DNA of 63,999 nucleotides, filler included, from Ionaspis alba (GCA_964255285.1; 5 parts of 5 records of this genome joined end to end with filler, not necessarily neighbours in it), one strand, 5' to 3'. Positions 25,573 to 38,588 are shown, counted from the whole stretch's first letter. The notes: a model not told the origin generated them from the sequence alone. Numbers and translations are program-made.

Positions 25573-26421
25573 ATGCCTCAACCATGGATCTTAACCTCTC
25601 CTGCGTCCCGCGGCGTGGGTCTTCAACTGACGCGTCAGTTGCTCAAAACAACAACCCTTCCCATAATCGCAACAGCTCGCAAGGACCTTGAAGGCACGAA
25701 GTTCCGCATCCTCGAAGACCTAGACGTTGATGCGAAGAGACTCGAAGTACTAAAGCTCGATGTTACAGGTACCGCTTCTTCGCACAATCCAACCTCCTTC
25801 CTCTCCTTTGAAACTGACAATTGGGAATGCACAGATGAAACTACCGTTTCCGGCGCAGCGGCTCACTGCAAAGACCGCTTTTCTGACTCTTACCTCCACC
25901 TCGCCTTCTGCATTCCAGGTGTTTTGTTTCCAGAGAAAGCCCCAGCCCAGATAGACTACGACAAAGCCCTTCAGACCTTCAAAATCAACACTCTTGGCCC
26001 CTTACTGCTGATGAAGCACTTCGCGCCCTTCCTCCCCAAGAAGGCCACGAAGCTCGACACCTCATCCGGTCTCCCCTCCTCTGCCATCTTCGCCATGATG
26101 TCTGCTCGTGTGGGCTCCATCACGGACAACGCGGCTGGCGGATGGTATTCGTACAGGAGCTCGAAAGCTGCGGTCAATCAAATTGTGAAGAGCTTGGACA
26201 TCTATCTAAAGAACTCGGCTGGGGAGAAGGCGTTGGCGGTGGCGTTGCATCCGGGAACGGTGAAGACGGGGCTGAGTGAGGATTTCTGGGAGAGCACGCC
26301 AAAGGAAAAGCTGTTTACGCCGGAATTTGCAGCCGAGAAGCTGGTTGAGGTTGTGGAGGGGATGCAGGTAAGCGGGCGAGGTAAGTGTTGGGATTGGGAA
26401 GGTAAGGTCATTGCACCTTGA
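25573..26421 (+). CDS. Short-chain dehydrogenase/reductase, CsgA/C-factor-like
   Basis: ILTSPASRGVG Rossmann variant, SARVGSITDN, catalytic YRSSK, LHPGTVKT; 66-nt in-frame intron 25769-25834. Confidence 0.92.
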   Translation: MPQPWILTSPASRGVGLQLTRQLLKTTTLPIIATARKDLEGTKFRILEDLDVDAKRLEVLKLDVTGTASSHNPTSFLSFETDNWECTDETTVSGAAAHCKDRFSDSYLHLAFCIPGVLFPEKAPAQIDYDKALQTFKINTLGPLLLMKHFAPFLPKKATKLDTSSGLPSSAIFAMMSARVGSITDNAAGGWYSYRSSKAAVNQIVKSLDIYLKNSAGEKALAVALHPGTVKTGLSEDFWESTPKEKLFTPEFAAEKLVEVVEGMQVSGRGKCWDWEGKVIAP

Positions 26422-26926
26422 AAGTCATGTATCTGTGTAGTGAGAAAAGCTATTCGTATAAAGGGACCGGCACGGGACGATGTTTCTACTTTCAAATCAA
26501 TCTGTGCTACCTCTGGGCTCATTTGTAGAGTTGGTTGTGCTGACCAACCGAGGCGCGCAAGACGACCCTAAGGAGATGATCGCCTCTATTGACTCTTGCA
26601 GGGTATTGATGAGCCGTAGCAATGCGCCATTCACATGGCATATATGTAAGAAGGGAATCTTCCATCGAAGATGAATCGACAACCAAGAGATGACATAAAA
26701 GCACGATGTAACAGTACATGAGTTCATGGCTTGAATACCTCAGCTGAGTTAGATAATTCCGAACAGCACTTCGCCGGAAGGTCAACTAAGAACGGGCATC
26801 ATTTGCGATTTGGATGCGACAGAAGAAAGCCATGCAAGGACGAGAAAAAGAGACCTAAGTTTAATCTCGAGTGCATGCTGACATGCATAGAAGTGTGTTT
26901 AAACTATCGTGTCCTACATCTCATCT

Positions 26927-27026
26927 NNNNNNNNNNNNNNNNNNNNNNNNNNNNNNNNNNNNNNNNNNNNTTAATTAATTAANNNNNNNNNNNNNNNNNN
27001 NNNNNNNNNNNNNNNNNNNNNNNNNN
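26927..27026. other. Artificial scaffold-joining linker N44-TTAATTAATTAA-N44
   Basis: 12-mer at 26971-26982. Confidence 0.97.
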
Positions 27027-27481
27027 ATGGTCCCCCCTCCTCCAGCCGCCCCCGCGAATACCGCTCCGCCGAAGAAGCCGTCGCCGAAATGGCCGCCGGT
27101 CGCGAAGACCTGCTTCCGAAAATCGTGCACTATGGCGGGCATCAGCCACCTACGCCGCCGTCGCCGCACGGCACCACGCCCCATAAACTCAGTGCGCAGC
27201 ACCATCAGCAGAGTCAGCAGATGCCGTCCCATCAGCAGCAGCAGCAGCAGCAGCATGGGGGATCAGCCGGACCTAATGAGGGCTTGAGTCGGACGGGGAG
27301 TGGAAGACGTAGGGGTCGGGCGGAGTATGAACGGGATATGGGAAGTCCGCCGCTTGGGAGCGGGCCTGAGACGAGGAGGGGCCCGTTTGGACAGGGGAGG
27401 GATAGTCCTGAGACGAGTCGGAGGAAGAAGGAGGAGTTCTTGGGGTTGTGTGCTAGGGCTTGGGAGTTGTTTCATTCGTGA
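27027..27481 (+). CDS. 3' fragment of a Pro/His/Gln-rich protein (5' part outside scaffold)
   Basis: Frame ending ...RDSPETSRRKKEEFLGLCARAWELFHS*, a helical coding-like C-terminus followed by a purine-rich 3' UTR. Confidence 0.6.
27233..27253 (+). repeat. (CAG)7 microsatellite encoding polyGln
   Basis: Seven consecutive CAG units in the coding frame. Confidence 0.85.
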
Positions 27482-28343
27482 GGGGGGATGGTGGTGGGAG
27501 GGAGCGGTGAGATGGGATGAGAGGGGGTTGGAGGAAAGTTAAAAGTTTGTGGGATTGGTAGGAGAGGATGAAGTATGTGGGGGTAGGATGAGAGGCTTGG
27601 GTGCAAGAGGATCAGTGTATAGGCGGGTTTTCCTAGGTGTTGGGGGAGAATTGGTGCTGTGAGAGATTGTTATGGATTCATGGGTATATTGTTTTGCCTT
27701 CGATTCGCGTCGGTCTTTCCTGCTCTGGTCTCTGGCGTGTAGCTGGGATGGGGTAATTAATAGGGGGATTATCTTCATGCTTTTCATCTTTATTTTTGTC
27801 ATCTTGGGTGGGCGTTTCTGGCAAGGTGTACCGATATCAGGAAGGTCTATTTTTTGTTCTTTTGGTGGTTGGCTGGAGACATGACGAATGGGAGGATTTG
27901 GGAGGTGCGAGACGCCCTTTTATGGGTTTAGTAGTGTGGACTGGTGTGGAATGGATGACTCCGGGAGGAATATTGGAGGGTTCGGGGTGTATACATGCGG
28001 TGGGAATTAGAGGGATTTTTTTAATGGTTGGTTCTTTCTACTGGTGCCTGGGGATTAATGAAGGGAACGTTGAATCAAACTGTCCGCTATGGTAGTTGGA
28101 GATGCTGTGAAAAGATCCTTGCTATAGCTTTCTGTTCTTGTGATATGGATTACCAGCTCGTGTTTTAATGCTGCCATGTTCCAGGCGTAACTAGTAAGAC
28201 CAGGAAGTGTGTTGCACNNNNNNNNNNNNNNNNNNNNNNNNNNNNNNNNNNNNNNNNNNNNNNNNNNNNNNNNNNNNNNNNNNNNNNNNNNNNNNNNNNN
28301 NNNNNNNNNNNNNNNNNCTACGGGCGGCTGATGGTTTGAACAG

Positions 28344-28880
28344 CTCCCTGGTGCAAGTGAGACAGCCGCCTCGTTCGAGTTTGAGGACGAGGATCATACA
28401 CTCGGAAATGCGTTGAGGTATATGATTATGAAGAAGTGCGTTAATTTTCCTTTACCTGCGCTCTACGATACGGAATGTTCAAATTCCACGTTTTCTCATT
28501 CAAGCTCTGCTGAAGTGAATCCTGTAAAATTGAGAGGAAGTGAATGTATGTGCTGACTAGTGATAAAATTTAGTCCAGATGTAGAATTTTGCGGGTACTC
28601 GATACCACATCCTAGCGAAGCGAAGATGAACGTCAGGATTCAGACCTATGGTACGTAAACCCTGGCCTCAGTACATCGCTGTAAGATGTCTAAGAAGATA
28701 TGGAAAGATTGTGGAGGGATGGGCGCTTGAAAATTTACATGCTAATGAACAGCTGTAGAGGGCACAACGGTCTACGATGCGTTGGAAAAGGGGTTTGACG
28801 ATCTTGCGGATCTCTGCGACGTAGTGGAGGAGAAGTTCAAGCAGGCGAGAGATGAGTTCATGGCAAAGCAAAAAGTCTAG
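28344..28880 (+). CDS. RPC19: RNA polymerase I/III subunit AC19 (5' exon lost in gap)
   Basis: [83 protein letters not shown]...*. Confidence 0.93.
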
Positions 28881-29020
28881 AAGTATTCTTGTTAGGGAAA
28901 AGGTGTGATGGCTGCATGGCACCGGAGCACGGCGTACAGCGGAGGGCATCTGGATGGGCTATGTTGATTTTGCTGCTATGTACAGAGTTGAAGGTAAACG
29001 CCATAAAGGAGATCCATATA

Positions 29021-29668
29021 TCAGTTACGTCCCTACCAAAGTTCATTAGCTGATGTGATATCGGAGAAACATGGCGTCTAGGAGAGCCTCTACCTCCAGA
29101 AAGCCCTGCATAAAATTTTGCGGCAGTCTTGCCGTTGGGTCCTCCGTTTCTCGGAAGTATTTGAGGACATGTGGAAGCTGTTTCCAGTAATTCAAGGTTT
29201 CCTGTCCATTACCTATCAGTCTCGGAGTGGACTTTGGTACCATGGACTCCTCTTCAGATTGTAGTCATCATCGTCTCTACCATACAGTCACTCGCAAGTA
29301 GGCGGCCGTACCTGATATTCCGCATGACTCTGGAACAGCAACATATCCACCACTGGTAATTGGCTCACGTATCTATGCCGCTCAAATTCCTGCCGTATTT
29401 TGGTCCGTAGTTCTGACACCGGTTTGTTGAGGGAGTACATGGTCTGGATCTCGGGGGCCTTTGCGACTCCTATATCAGCCAAACATCTATGGGTGGTGTT
29501 CGACTTGAGCATACAGATCGAAGCCATTGCCGGTACGAGTGGAACACCCTCCGCCGAGCATCATCCCAATTGATTGCTGCAGAAAATTAGCAGGGACCTC
29601 TGAAGAAACTATTGGAGGTTTTTACATGACCGCGTTGTTTTTGCCAGATACGTGGGATTGATCACCAT
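29021..29668 (-). CDS. NDUFA6: NADH:ubiquinone oxidoreductase 14.8 kDa LYR subunit
   Basis: [14 protein letters not shown]/..[28 protein letters not shown]...[13 protein letters not shown]...[22 protein letters not shown]...FMQGFLE/GRN*. Confidence 0.93.
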
Positions 29669-29967
29669 CTTGAGATGAGTGCTGAGAGGTAGAGGAAGAC
29701 TGTAGTCGGATTGGTGTGAGTTCCAGCATGGGAGCCCGCCGCCCGCCTCGACTGGGGTCCTTCCGCTAGCGAATGACATAGGGCTGAGTGTTTTGAAGGT
29801 AGCCCTTTTGATGGAAGTAAATTTATGGAGTACAAAGTCATCCTCCACTGACCAAAAATATACCTGCACAATTCTCGACGACACGCCATGCGAGGCTTCT
29901 GACCCGAAGATAGTAGCTTCAACCAGATTTTGTCCAGGACCGGCGTGCCTGAGCTCGGCCGACCAAT

Positions 29968-30531
29968 ATGCCCCCCATCCGTTCTGCGCGGAATCGCAAA
30001 CCTCCTCCAGATGGCTTCGACGACATAGAAGATACCCTACTGGAGTTTAGCAATAAGATGAAAGATGCAGAGAATGCGTCCCATGAAGGCAAAAAAAGAC
30101 AAGAAGTCCTTTGGCCGATATTCCAGATCAGTCACCAGCGTGCGTTCTCCTCAGACTGTTGCTTCCTTCCCTGCTGCCTAGATGCTCACACGTTGGTGCT
30201 CTATAGGCTCGAGATATATTTACGATCTGTACTACGATAAGGAGGCTATATCGAAGCAACTGTACGACTGGCTCCTCAAGAACGGTTATGCTGACGCAAA
30301 TTTGATTGCGAAATGGAAGAAGCAGGGCTACGAGAAGGTGAGCTTCTCTTGATCTGCTTCATGATCTGCAAACGCTGATGATTATAGTTATGTTGCCTCC
30401 GTTGTATACAAACCAAAGAGACGAACTTCAACGCCACATGTATATGTCGAGTACCCAAGCAACAATTGAAGGAGAACCAGACCATCGAATGTGTCAGTTG
30501 TGGATGCAGAGGGTGTTCATCCGCAGACTGA
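29968..30531 (+). CDS. BUD31: Spliceosomal protein Bud31/G10
   Basis: [24 protein letters not shown]...[19 protein letters not shown]...[20 protein letters not shown]...CICRVP...[13 protein letters not shown]. Confidence 0.97.
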
Positions 30532-30723
30532 GAATTTCATAACATGATACCACGATCCTGCTAGGAGTACGGTGTAGACGTGGTTCCAGGCATGGACATC
30601 GGGAATAGGGTTAGGTGTAAGGTGTTTTTACGAAAGGATGAGCGATGACTTAACAACAGTTCGTGTGATTGTCAACTTCCGACATAGGCAAGCAATATCA
30701 TCCGCTTGTCGTGAAGCAAATAT

Positions 30724-31291
30724 TCAGAATCCTGCATCAGAGCTGTCATCTTCCTCTAGGATTGTGGTAGATAGCAACCCTTTAGTGCCTAATCCTCGAT
30801 TTTGAGTCGACCATTCCGAGTGCTCGTCCTTGAAACTACTGTCCAGTCTGGGTGACAAAAGGCTTCCCTGAATAGCGTATCTAGCTTTTCTTGCCTGTCT
30901 CTCTGCTTTCTCTGCCCGATAAGACGCCAGGGTCCTGCCTCGCTCTTCGGATGCGCTATCCATGCCAAAGGCACGTATGATGAACCGAATTGAGTGATGA
31001 AGGAGTGCTCCGGATGCTATTCCGACCAGCACTGCGACTCCAAAGTAGATGTATAATGTCTGGCACACTGTCAGTCCGATCAATTGTTGATAAGACATGA
31101 CGGCTTGCCTCGAATCTTGCTAAGAAATGGACCGGCCACAAAAGGCCATGTCCTATGTATTGCAGGACATGGAGGAGTGGAGCCGCAATGAAGACCAAAG
31201 CTACGAAGAGTAGCTTCGCGATGAAGATGAGAGGGTAGCAGATGTAATAGAGGATTGTGCCAGAAGTAGACAGAACTGAGTTGAACGACAT
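30724..31291 (-). CDS. Small fungal membrane protein (two exons, GC-AG intron)
   Basis: Hydrophobic exon 1 (31291-31109, 61 codons) splices in frame to exon 2 (TLYIYFGVAVLVG...TTILEEDDSSDAGF*) via 49-nt intron 31060-31108. Confidence 0.75.
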
Positions 31292-31728
31292 TTGTACGTT
31301 TGAAAGTCGTTATGTCATATTTTCTTGAGGCACTGGGAATGAGGCTTGTCGATGTTCTACATCACCGTCCTCATCCACTGAGACGATCCAGAAGTCACAC
31401 AACGCCTTGCTAGAGCGAAGAGAATAAATGCTGAACGAACCACAGACCACTACGTATTGATTGAGAACGGGAAACCCCTGGACGCTAGAAGCTGTCGTGC
31501 ATGCTAGTGCAGCTGTCCCTTGCTGTGGGGAAGGCCACCAATGACATGCAAGTAACCCTAACGTCAGGCAAAAGATATCCAGCTTCATTTCTTATTCCTG
31601 TTGTCACGCGACCGCCCATTGTTCCTCCCGATTCGCTTCTCTATTGCCATTTTGCATTGTCTGCATTTTCCATATAGAGGCTTGTGATTGGTCGTGCTGT
31701 TAAGCACGCCCGGACTTTGTAGAAGACC

Positions 31729-33418
31729 ATGGGGAATAGTCCATCCAAGCCAGCCGGGCAAGGGCCTACTTCCCCAACCACAACTACGCACAGTCATCCT
31801 TCTCGGAACAATCACCAACGGAAGGAGCCCTCGGCACGCCGGGATTCGGTACTCTCATCTGCAACCCATACATCCGCCTCCCATTCACACGACTCCCCCC
31901 ACATCCTAACCCCACAAACTTCACATTCCTCGTCATCGCCGGCTACCCAGAAACCATATCCATACCCATACCAGCCACACCAATCGGCGTCCACCGAATC
32001 CTCGCCGGTCCAAAAGTCGAGAAAGGAGGACAGAATGGGTAACTCACAGTCGCATCAATCGTGGAAAGACAAGAGACGGGAAAGGGAGCACGAGCGCCAA
32101 TCGAATCCTGTTCGTGTTCCCGGTGTGTCTCAAGAGAAACGCCAACGGGGGCCTGATTCCCAATTTGAACCATCCGGTCCGCCTCGTGATCCAAACTATA
32201 TACCCCACTCGAATCTCAACTTCCCTCCTCGTCTGCCACTACCCATAGAAGAAGAAGTCTATACCCCTGGCTCTCCCATCATCTCACCTGCAGATGTCTC
32301 TTCTGCTTTACACGAGGATGAGGTGGATGGGGCTCTTCCACGCAAGTCGTCCATAACTAGTCACACCACTCTTGACGACGATGAGTTGGAAGAGGAGGTA
32401 CCGGAGGGGTCGCGGGGTAAGACAGTGCCGACAATGGTGGAATGGAAGCAAGGCGGGCACAAGGTATACATAACGGGTACCTTTGCTTCATGGAGTAGGA
32501 AATATCGCATGCATCGGGAGTGAGTTCTCCCTGTTTGGTCTGTCTCTCACGCGCTTTGAAGCAGTGTTTTCGGATATGCAAACACCCCTGACTGCATGCG
32601 CTTTGCCGCAATCACCACTACAAACGCTCTGCTTCCTGCCTTCCATGGACGTTTTGAGCATTGGACAACTACTTTCAGCTTTTTCATACTCGCCGTTCAG
32701 TCTAAGAAGCATTGCTAACCATAAGATCGCTGCAGTCACAATACCAATGTACTATCTACAGTTCTTGAACTCCCTCCTGGGACGCATCATGTCAAATTCA
32801 TCGTTGATGGCGAGATGCAGCTCTCGAACGAGCTTCCTACAGCTGTCGACTATACCAACATTCTTGTCAATTATATTGAAGTGAGCGCCGATGATATACC
32901 GAAAGAGAAACCTCCACCAGAAAAGGTCAACGAGGGCATACATCCACCTTTAGTCCTACAAGAAGGAACCGATGTCAAAGATTATGAACCAAAAGCTGTT
33001 GGTGATGGCTCTGTGCCTGAAGGAGAAGCCCGTGCAGAGCCTCTATACTACGGCGACAAGGTGCCAATGTACCTCCTAGATCTGGACCGAGATGAGAAGA
33101 CCAATCGGTTTCAAAGAGCTGCGACAGGCGTTGCGGATGTTCCTATACCTCATAGTCTACCACTCTTTCTTGGCAAATCGATTCTGAATGGGACGACGCC
33201 GATGAAGGATGACAGCAGTGTTCTGAACATGCCTAATCATACTGTACTCAACCATCTGGCTACAAGCAGCATCAGGAATGAGGTTCTAGCTACGAGTTTG
33301 ACGACCAGGTACAAGCGCAAGGTAAGATCAAATCAAGTTGTAGACATGGACTTGTTCTGATATCCCACAGTATGTCACCACTATCATGTATCGACCAACG
33401 AATACAGACGGCGACTGA
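31729..33418 (+). CDS. GAL83: Snf1/AMPK kinase complex beta subunit (Gal83/Sip2 family)
   Basis: MGNSPSK start; glycogen-binding domain VEWKQGGHKVYITGTF...LPPGTHHVKFIVDG...NILVNYIEV; C-terminal PNHTVLNHLATSSIRNEVLATSLTTRYKRK/YVTTIMYRP. Confidence 0.93.
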
Positions 33419-33705
33419 GAGTCAATTACGCCATTTCGAATGGCCAGACTACGGGTAGCAGGTCCAGAATCGCAGTGATGTCTGTGTAATCATGATTTTC
33501 AGGGTCAAAAGAGCGTCATGACAGCACGCAAGGCGTTCTCTGGCTTTGTTAAGTCAATCATTTCCTTTACGCACGAAGATCGCTGGGACGACTACAGTGC
33601 CGAGCAGAGCTCGGGCTCGACCAGTCCCAAAACTAGAGGAAAGAAGGGCGAGAATTTGATGATGATTAAAAGAATACCCAGATCTAGAAGAACGTAAAAT
33701 TGCTG

Positions 33706-34511
33706 TCAATCTCTCCATTTGACAAAGACCTCATCCGTTCTAAACCTCTGAGTACAAGTGCTCTCGTCCAACGGCGTCGTAAACCCTGTCCTGTAGGCCA
33801 GCAGTCCCGCATGCGCAATCATAATGCCATTATCAATACAAAACCGCTCATCCGTCGCAAAAACACTCCCTCCCCTATCCCTCGCCATCATGCCCATCAT
33901 CTCCTGCAACCGCTCATTACTTCCTACTCCCCCAACAATGAGCACCTCCTTCGACCCCACATGGGCCATCGCCCTCTCCGTGATCTCTACCAACATCGCA
34001 AACACCGTCTCCTGCAAACTAAAGCACAAATCCTCTCGCGTAATCCTCTCCCCTGTCTCCTCATCCCGCCACTCCTGCCCTTTCCCCTCCTTCTCCTTCA
34101 CCAGCCTCCCGGCCAGAATATCAATACTCGCCAATATACCCGAGAAACTGCAATCCATGCCCTTGACCGCATACGGCAGCTCCACAAAATGCCGTCCCTT
34201 CTTCGCCATCTGCTCGATATTGTACCCCGGCGCGGGATCATTCGAGATACACAGCGTGCGGGCAAACCGATCCAGGCAATTCCCCACCGCTATATCCAGC
34301 GCCTCGCCGAAGATCCGATACCGCTGCGAGGCATACGCGATGACCTGCGTGTTCCCTCCGGAGACATACAGCACGACGGGGTTCTGCGCGCCCGTAATCT
34401 CGCGACCCATTTCGATATCTGTCTCTTCCTCAGCACTCGGTCCCTCTCATCGCGATGCAGCGACCTGTAGAGTCGACGGGACTACCCACGTCCCACACAA
34501 TGATTGACCCC
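33706..34511 (-). CDS. KAE1: tRNA t6A threonylcarbamoyltransferase Kae1 (5' part lost in gap)
   Basis: GVNHCVG/HIEMGR...[15 protein letters not shown]...[10 protein letters not shown]...[21 protein letters not shown]...CIDNGIMIA...TQRFRTDEV. Confidence 0.96.
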
Positions 34512-34703
34512 NNNNNNNNNNNNNNNNNNNNNNNNNNNNNNNNNNNNNNNNNNNNNNNNNNNNNNNNNNNNNNNNNNNNNNNNNNNNNNNNNNNNNNNNN
34601 NNNNNNNNNNNGGGACTAGTGAGTCGGGATCAATGGTCCCACAACTCTAACGTTGGTAATTTAATATGCTTCCATTCTATCTCAACTTCGTTGTTTTGTT
34701 TGC

Positions 34704-36290
34704 ATGATGGAGGACGATGACTTCCATACAAGGTCTGCAGAGTTTTTTAGCTGGCTCAAGCAGCAGGATGGCGTTTCTGTCAGTCCCAAAATCCAGCTGG
34801 CGGATCTGAGATCTAGTGGTGCGGGAAGAGGGGTTGGTATGTATTCGATACTGTTCGACATGAGCAGAGTCTCCTGAGATATGGAGAGATAGCGCTGACA
34901 TACTACAAGTTGCGTTGGAAGATATCGCACAGGAGGAGGAGGTCTTTTCTATCCCACACGACGTGGTCCTCAGTGCCAGCAACTCTGACTTCAAGACCCA
35001 CATCACAGAAGACCTTGACGAGATCGACCCATGGCTGGCACTTGTACTCGTCATGATCTATGAGTCTGGTAAACGAGAGTCGTCACGATGGTGGCCATAT
35101 TGGAGAGTCCTTCCGTCCGAATCCAATACCTTGATGTATTGGTCCGCCGCCGAACTCGCGGAACTGCAGGGCAGCTCTGTTGTGTCCAAGATCGGCAAAG
35201 AAGCGGCTGATGAAGCTTTCGTTGAGATACTGCTGCCTCTGGCAATAAAGTACGCTGATCTGTTCGGCGATTATGCCTCTGACCTGAGGGGTGCTGGTGC
35301 AAAGGAATTCTTCCTACCTCTTGCTCATCGCATGGCCACATTGATTATGGCGTATGCTTTCGATCTCGAGCGGAAGGAAGATCAAACTCCTGATGAAAAT
35401 GGCTTCGTGCCAGACGATGAAGAGAACCCGGCCAAAGGCATGGTACCTCTGGCAGATATGCTCAATGCAAATGGGTCGAGGGTCAATGTATGTATATACC
35501 GAGAATTGACAAATCGTGATTGGATCTGATGAAATGATAGGCGAGATTGTTCCACAGCGACACCGCTCTTACCATGACGGCTCTCACAGCCATTGAAAAA
35601 GGGCAAGAAATATTTAATGACTATGGGAATCTTCCTCGGTCTGATCTGCTTAGAAGATACGGTTATATCACCGATGAATACAGACAGTTCGATGTTGTGG
35701 AGATTGACACGGAAATCGTGGTCTACATCGTAAGTGCAGAAGAAAGCATACCAGAGAAAGAACTGGATAAAAGGGTAAACTGACACTTACTGCTGCGTTG
35801 GCAATCCTCGTTAATTTGAGCATAGATTGAGTTCCTGCAGACTTCAGAGATCTGGGAAGATAGCTTCGACATTGCACGTCAAAGCGACAGAGCTAATCAG
35901 GATCACGATGGTTTCGATCCAAGACTCCTCGCAACTATCAAAGTACTTCTTGATGGCAAAGGCGCCTTAAAGGATCCCTCTAGAGCCGATCCGGGAAAAG
36001 GCATAGACCTGAGGCTCGCGACAACATTGCGCAAGATCTTGATCAAAAGGCAGAAAGACTATGGGACGTCCATGGCCGAAGATGTGAAGCTATTGGCAAG
36101 CACATCTTTGCCGCCAAGGATCTCGATGGCCGTTCAAGTTCGACTTGGCGAGAAGGAAATCCTGGCCAAAGCCATTCACCACCTCGATCAGCGACTAGCG
36201 AGATTATCTCAACAAGCCAATGGAAATGGAGTTAGTAAGGGAGCACGTTCAGCTCACGATGCTCACGATGCGAAGAGGAGAAAGAAGTGA
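34704..36290 (+). CDS. RKM4: SET-domain protein lysine methyltransferase, Rkm4/SETD6-like
   Basis: WLKQQDGVSVSPKIQLADLRSSGAGRGV/VALEDI...LFS-like VFSIP...MVPLADMLNA.../ARLF...IFNDYGNLPRSDLLRRYGY, followed by a Rubisco-LSMT-like tail (MAVQVRLGEKEIL). Confidence 0.85.
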
Positions 36291-36654
36291 ACAGACTCGA
36301 TGAGGGCACACCTAAAGCGGTGAGTTTACTTTCTGTTTTCAATTGTGCTGTCTACCTTAGAACAGGTCCATTCCATCTTACACGCTTTCAGAGTCTCAAG
36401 TCTGATAGATGCAGCTGTATTCCTCCGCCACTTCGAACAGAGTTGCCACCACGCCTTCAGTCCTCCATTTTATACAGCCCATGCAACTCGGTGTCGCAAG
36501 ACCCGTCGGCACGTGTCTCGTGCTCGGCACTTCGGCGATTTGCTGCCTAATGCACTGACCTCGAGAGTTGAAACAAGCTTGACTTCTGTCTAGGGGTATC
36601 GAAAAAAGAAAAAAAATCACGGGCCGACCCGCTTCACACTCTGGGGTGGAGATT

Positions 36655-38588
36655 TCAAGATGTCGCCGGTACAGTTGGTTGCCTTGCCGAGCTCTGCGAA
36701 CTCGACGCCGCCGCTGATGCTGACGCTTCGATTTGAGCCCGTCTCGCCGCTTGCGCTTGAGGATGAGGCTGTGCGGTCCCCGCTATCGCAGCCCGATACC
36801 TCATACTCGAGATATCATAAGGATCAATTAGGTAAGTGGGTATCTCCTCGTCATCGTCGTCATCCCGATCGTACTTAAATCGATCCACAACAGCCTCATC
36901 CAGGCCCTCCTTCGACTGGAGATGCATCCCCCTACGGTCAATCAGCATCCGACCTCCTCTGCCAATCCTCCGCCGGAAAGACGGCTGATTTCGATAGGGC
37001 CCGTCGTACGTGGGAGACGCATAGCGAACAGTGACCGTGTCGTCCCTCTTCCGACTTGGTGAATCCAAGTCAGCAACAGAGTCACCTGAATGTTCAGAAG
37101 ACACTGACGCTGGTGGAGTGGGTAAGTATTCGGTAACGGCTGTGCGGAAACTGGAGCCGAGACTTTCTTCTAACGGTGGTGTCAGGGGCGCTCTGGTCAT
37201 GTCGACGTATCCTTCGTTCCAGCGCGCGTGCTGCGCAATTTTCATTTTGATTTCGCGCTGAATCTCGTTTTCTTTGTCGGCGAGGACGTCGTGGAGAGAT
37301 ACCAGGTCGGCTTCTGCGGAACGGCCGTCTGGTCGCGTGGGAATGCGGATCTGGGTTGCTGGTGTGCGTTGAGAGGTTGCGATCTCCAAAGGCTTCTTCT
37401 TTTGCGGCTGTGACGGTCAGTATAAGCAAGTACATTTTCCTTGCTTGTGGGTCTTACTTTTTGGTTGATGAGTATGTCATCATCACCGTCCTTGTATTGG
37501 TCAGGGAGATTCTTCTTGACTTGTCTCAGACTGCTTCGTTGTTCGAAGAGCTGTCTGTCAACAGCAAGCTGCTCTCGTTTGGTGATTTCTCTTTGCCGTA
37601 CGAGGGCAAGCAGTTGTCGAGCTTCTTCGAGCTCTTTTCTCAACTTCTTGAGTTTCTCTGCGCTTTGGGCATCTCTGCCTCTGGTCTTACGGACTTGCCG
37701 GACTTCTCTTCGCCTAAAGCAGACGTACGGATCCCCATCGTCTGTTTCTGCTCCTGTTTCGAACTGTTGGATGCGTCAGTGGAAGTACCTTGCGAGCTGC
37801 ACGATGCTACTTTTCTTACCTTCAAGTTTGGCATGAGTGTTCTGTTTCCGGATCTTAATCTTCGAGCCTTCCAATGCTCGTATATATCTCGGGCAAACCT
37901 TCTAGCATCATCCTCAAAGTTCTCATCAAGGGCAGATTCTATCTCCTCCCATTCCAGAACTGGAGGGTTGCCTACGGATGCGTACGGTTGGTTTGCCTGA
38001 GCTGTTTCTTCGAAGAAATTCATCACCTCTTCGAACTGGTTTTCTGAGCATTGCGTTGACGCATTCAGCTTCCCGTTCATGGATTTCAAGAAGGCGTCAT
38101 CTTCGTCAGTGAGATTATAGGGACATCCGCTGCAGTCCTCGACTGTGGAGGAGAAGCGGATGTAAGTTGCGGGCTGGGAGAAAGTGAGTGAGTAGAGCCG
38201 ATCATATTGGATCGAGCTGTGGATGGTGTCCGGAGTTGGGATGTATATTTGAGCGACCTTTCCACCGACCGCCGCTGCCTTGGATGCAGAGATGGCAGCT
38301 TGCAGATGGTGTTCCTGTATCACAAATCTGTTAGCCGTCACATCCCTTGCCCAGTTGGGAAGGTTGGTTTTGAGGCTCGGCGATGACTAAGCAGGAAAAA
38401 CAGCGCGAGAATGAGCAACATACGATTTCCTCGCCTTTTTCGACGCCAGTTTCGACTTTTGGGACGTTACGTTGAGCTTCATCATCGATTTTCTCGACCT
38501 GATCTTCGCGAAGGATTTGGAGAGTTTGTCGGGTCGATAATTTTCGCTGCCTGAAGCGCGCCGAGGCTGCAGCTGTAGATCGGGTCAT
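36655..38588 (-). CDS. EPL1: Enhancer of polycomb-like protein (NuA4 subunit)
   Basis: ARFRQRKLS...VETGVEKGEEI/EHHLQAAI...YIPTPD...PATYIRFSSTVED...DPYVCFRRREVRQVRKTR...FRRRIGRGGR. Confidence 0.95.

Noticed and set aside
32520..32734. Unusually long GAL83 intron as a snoRNA host
   Set aside because: No convincing C/D or H/ACA box arrangement seen.
33700..34507. Long plus-strand ORFs (256 and 227 aa) opposite KAE1
   Set aside because: Antisense shadows of a conserved, codon-biased gene; no recognisable domains.
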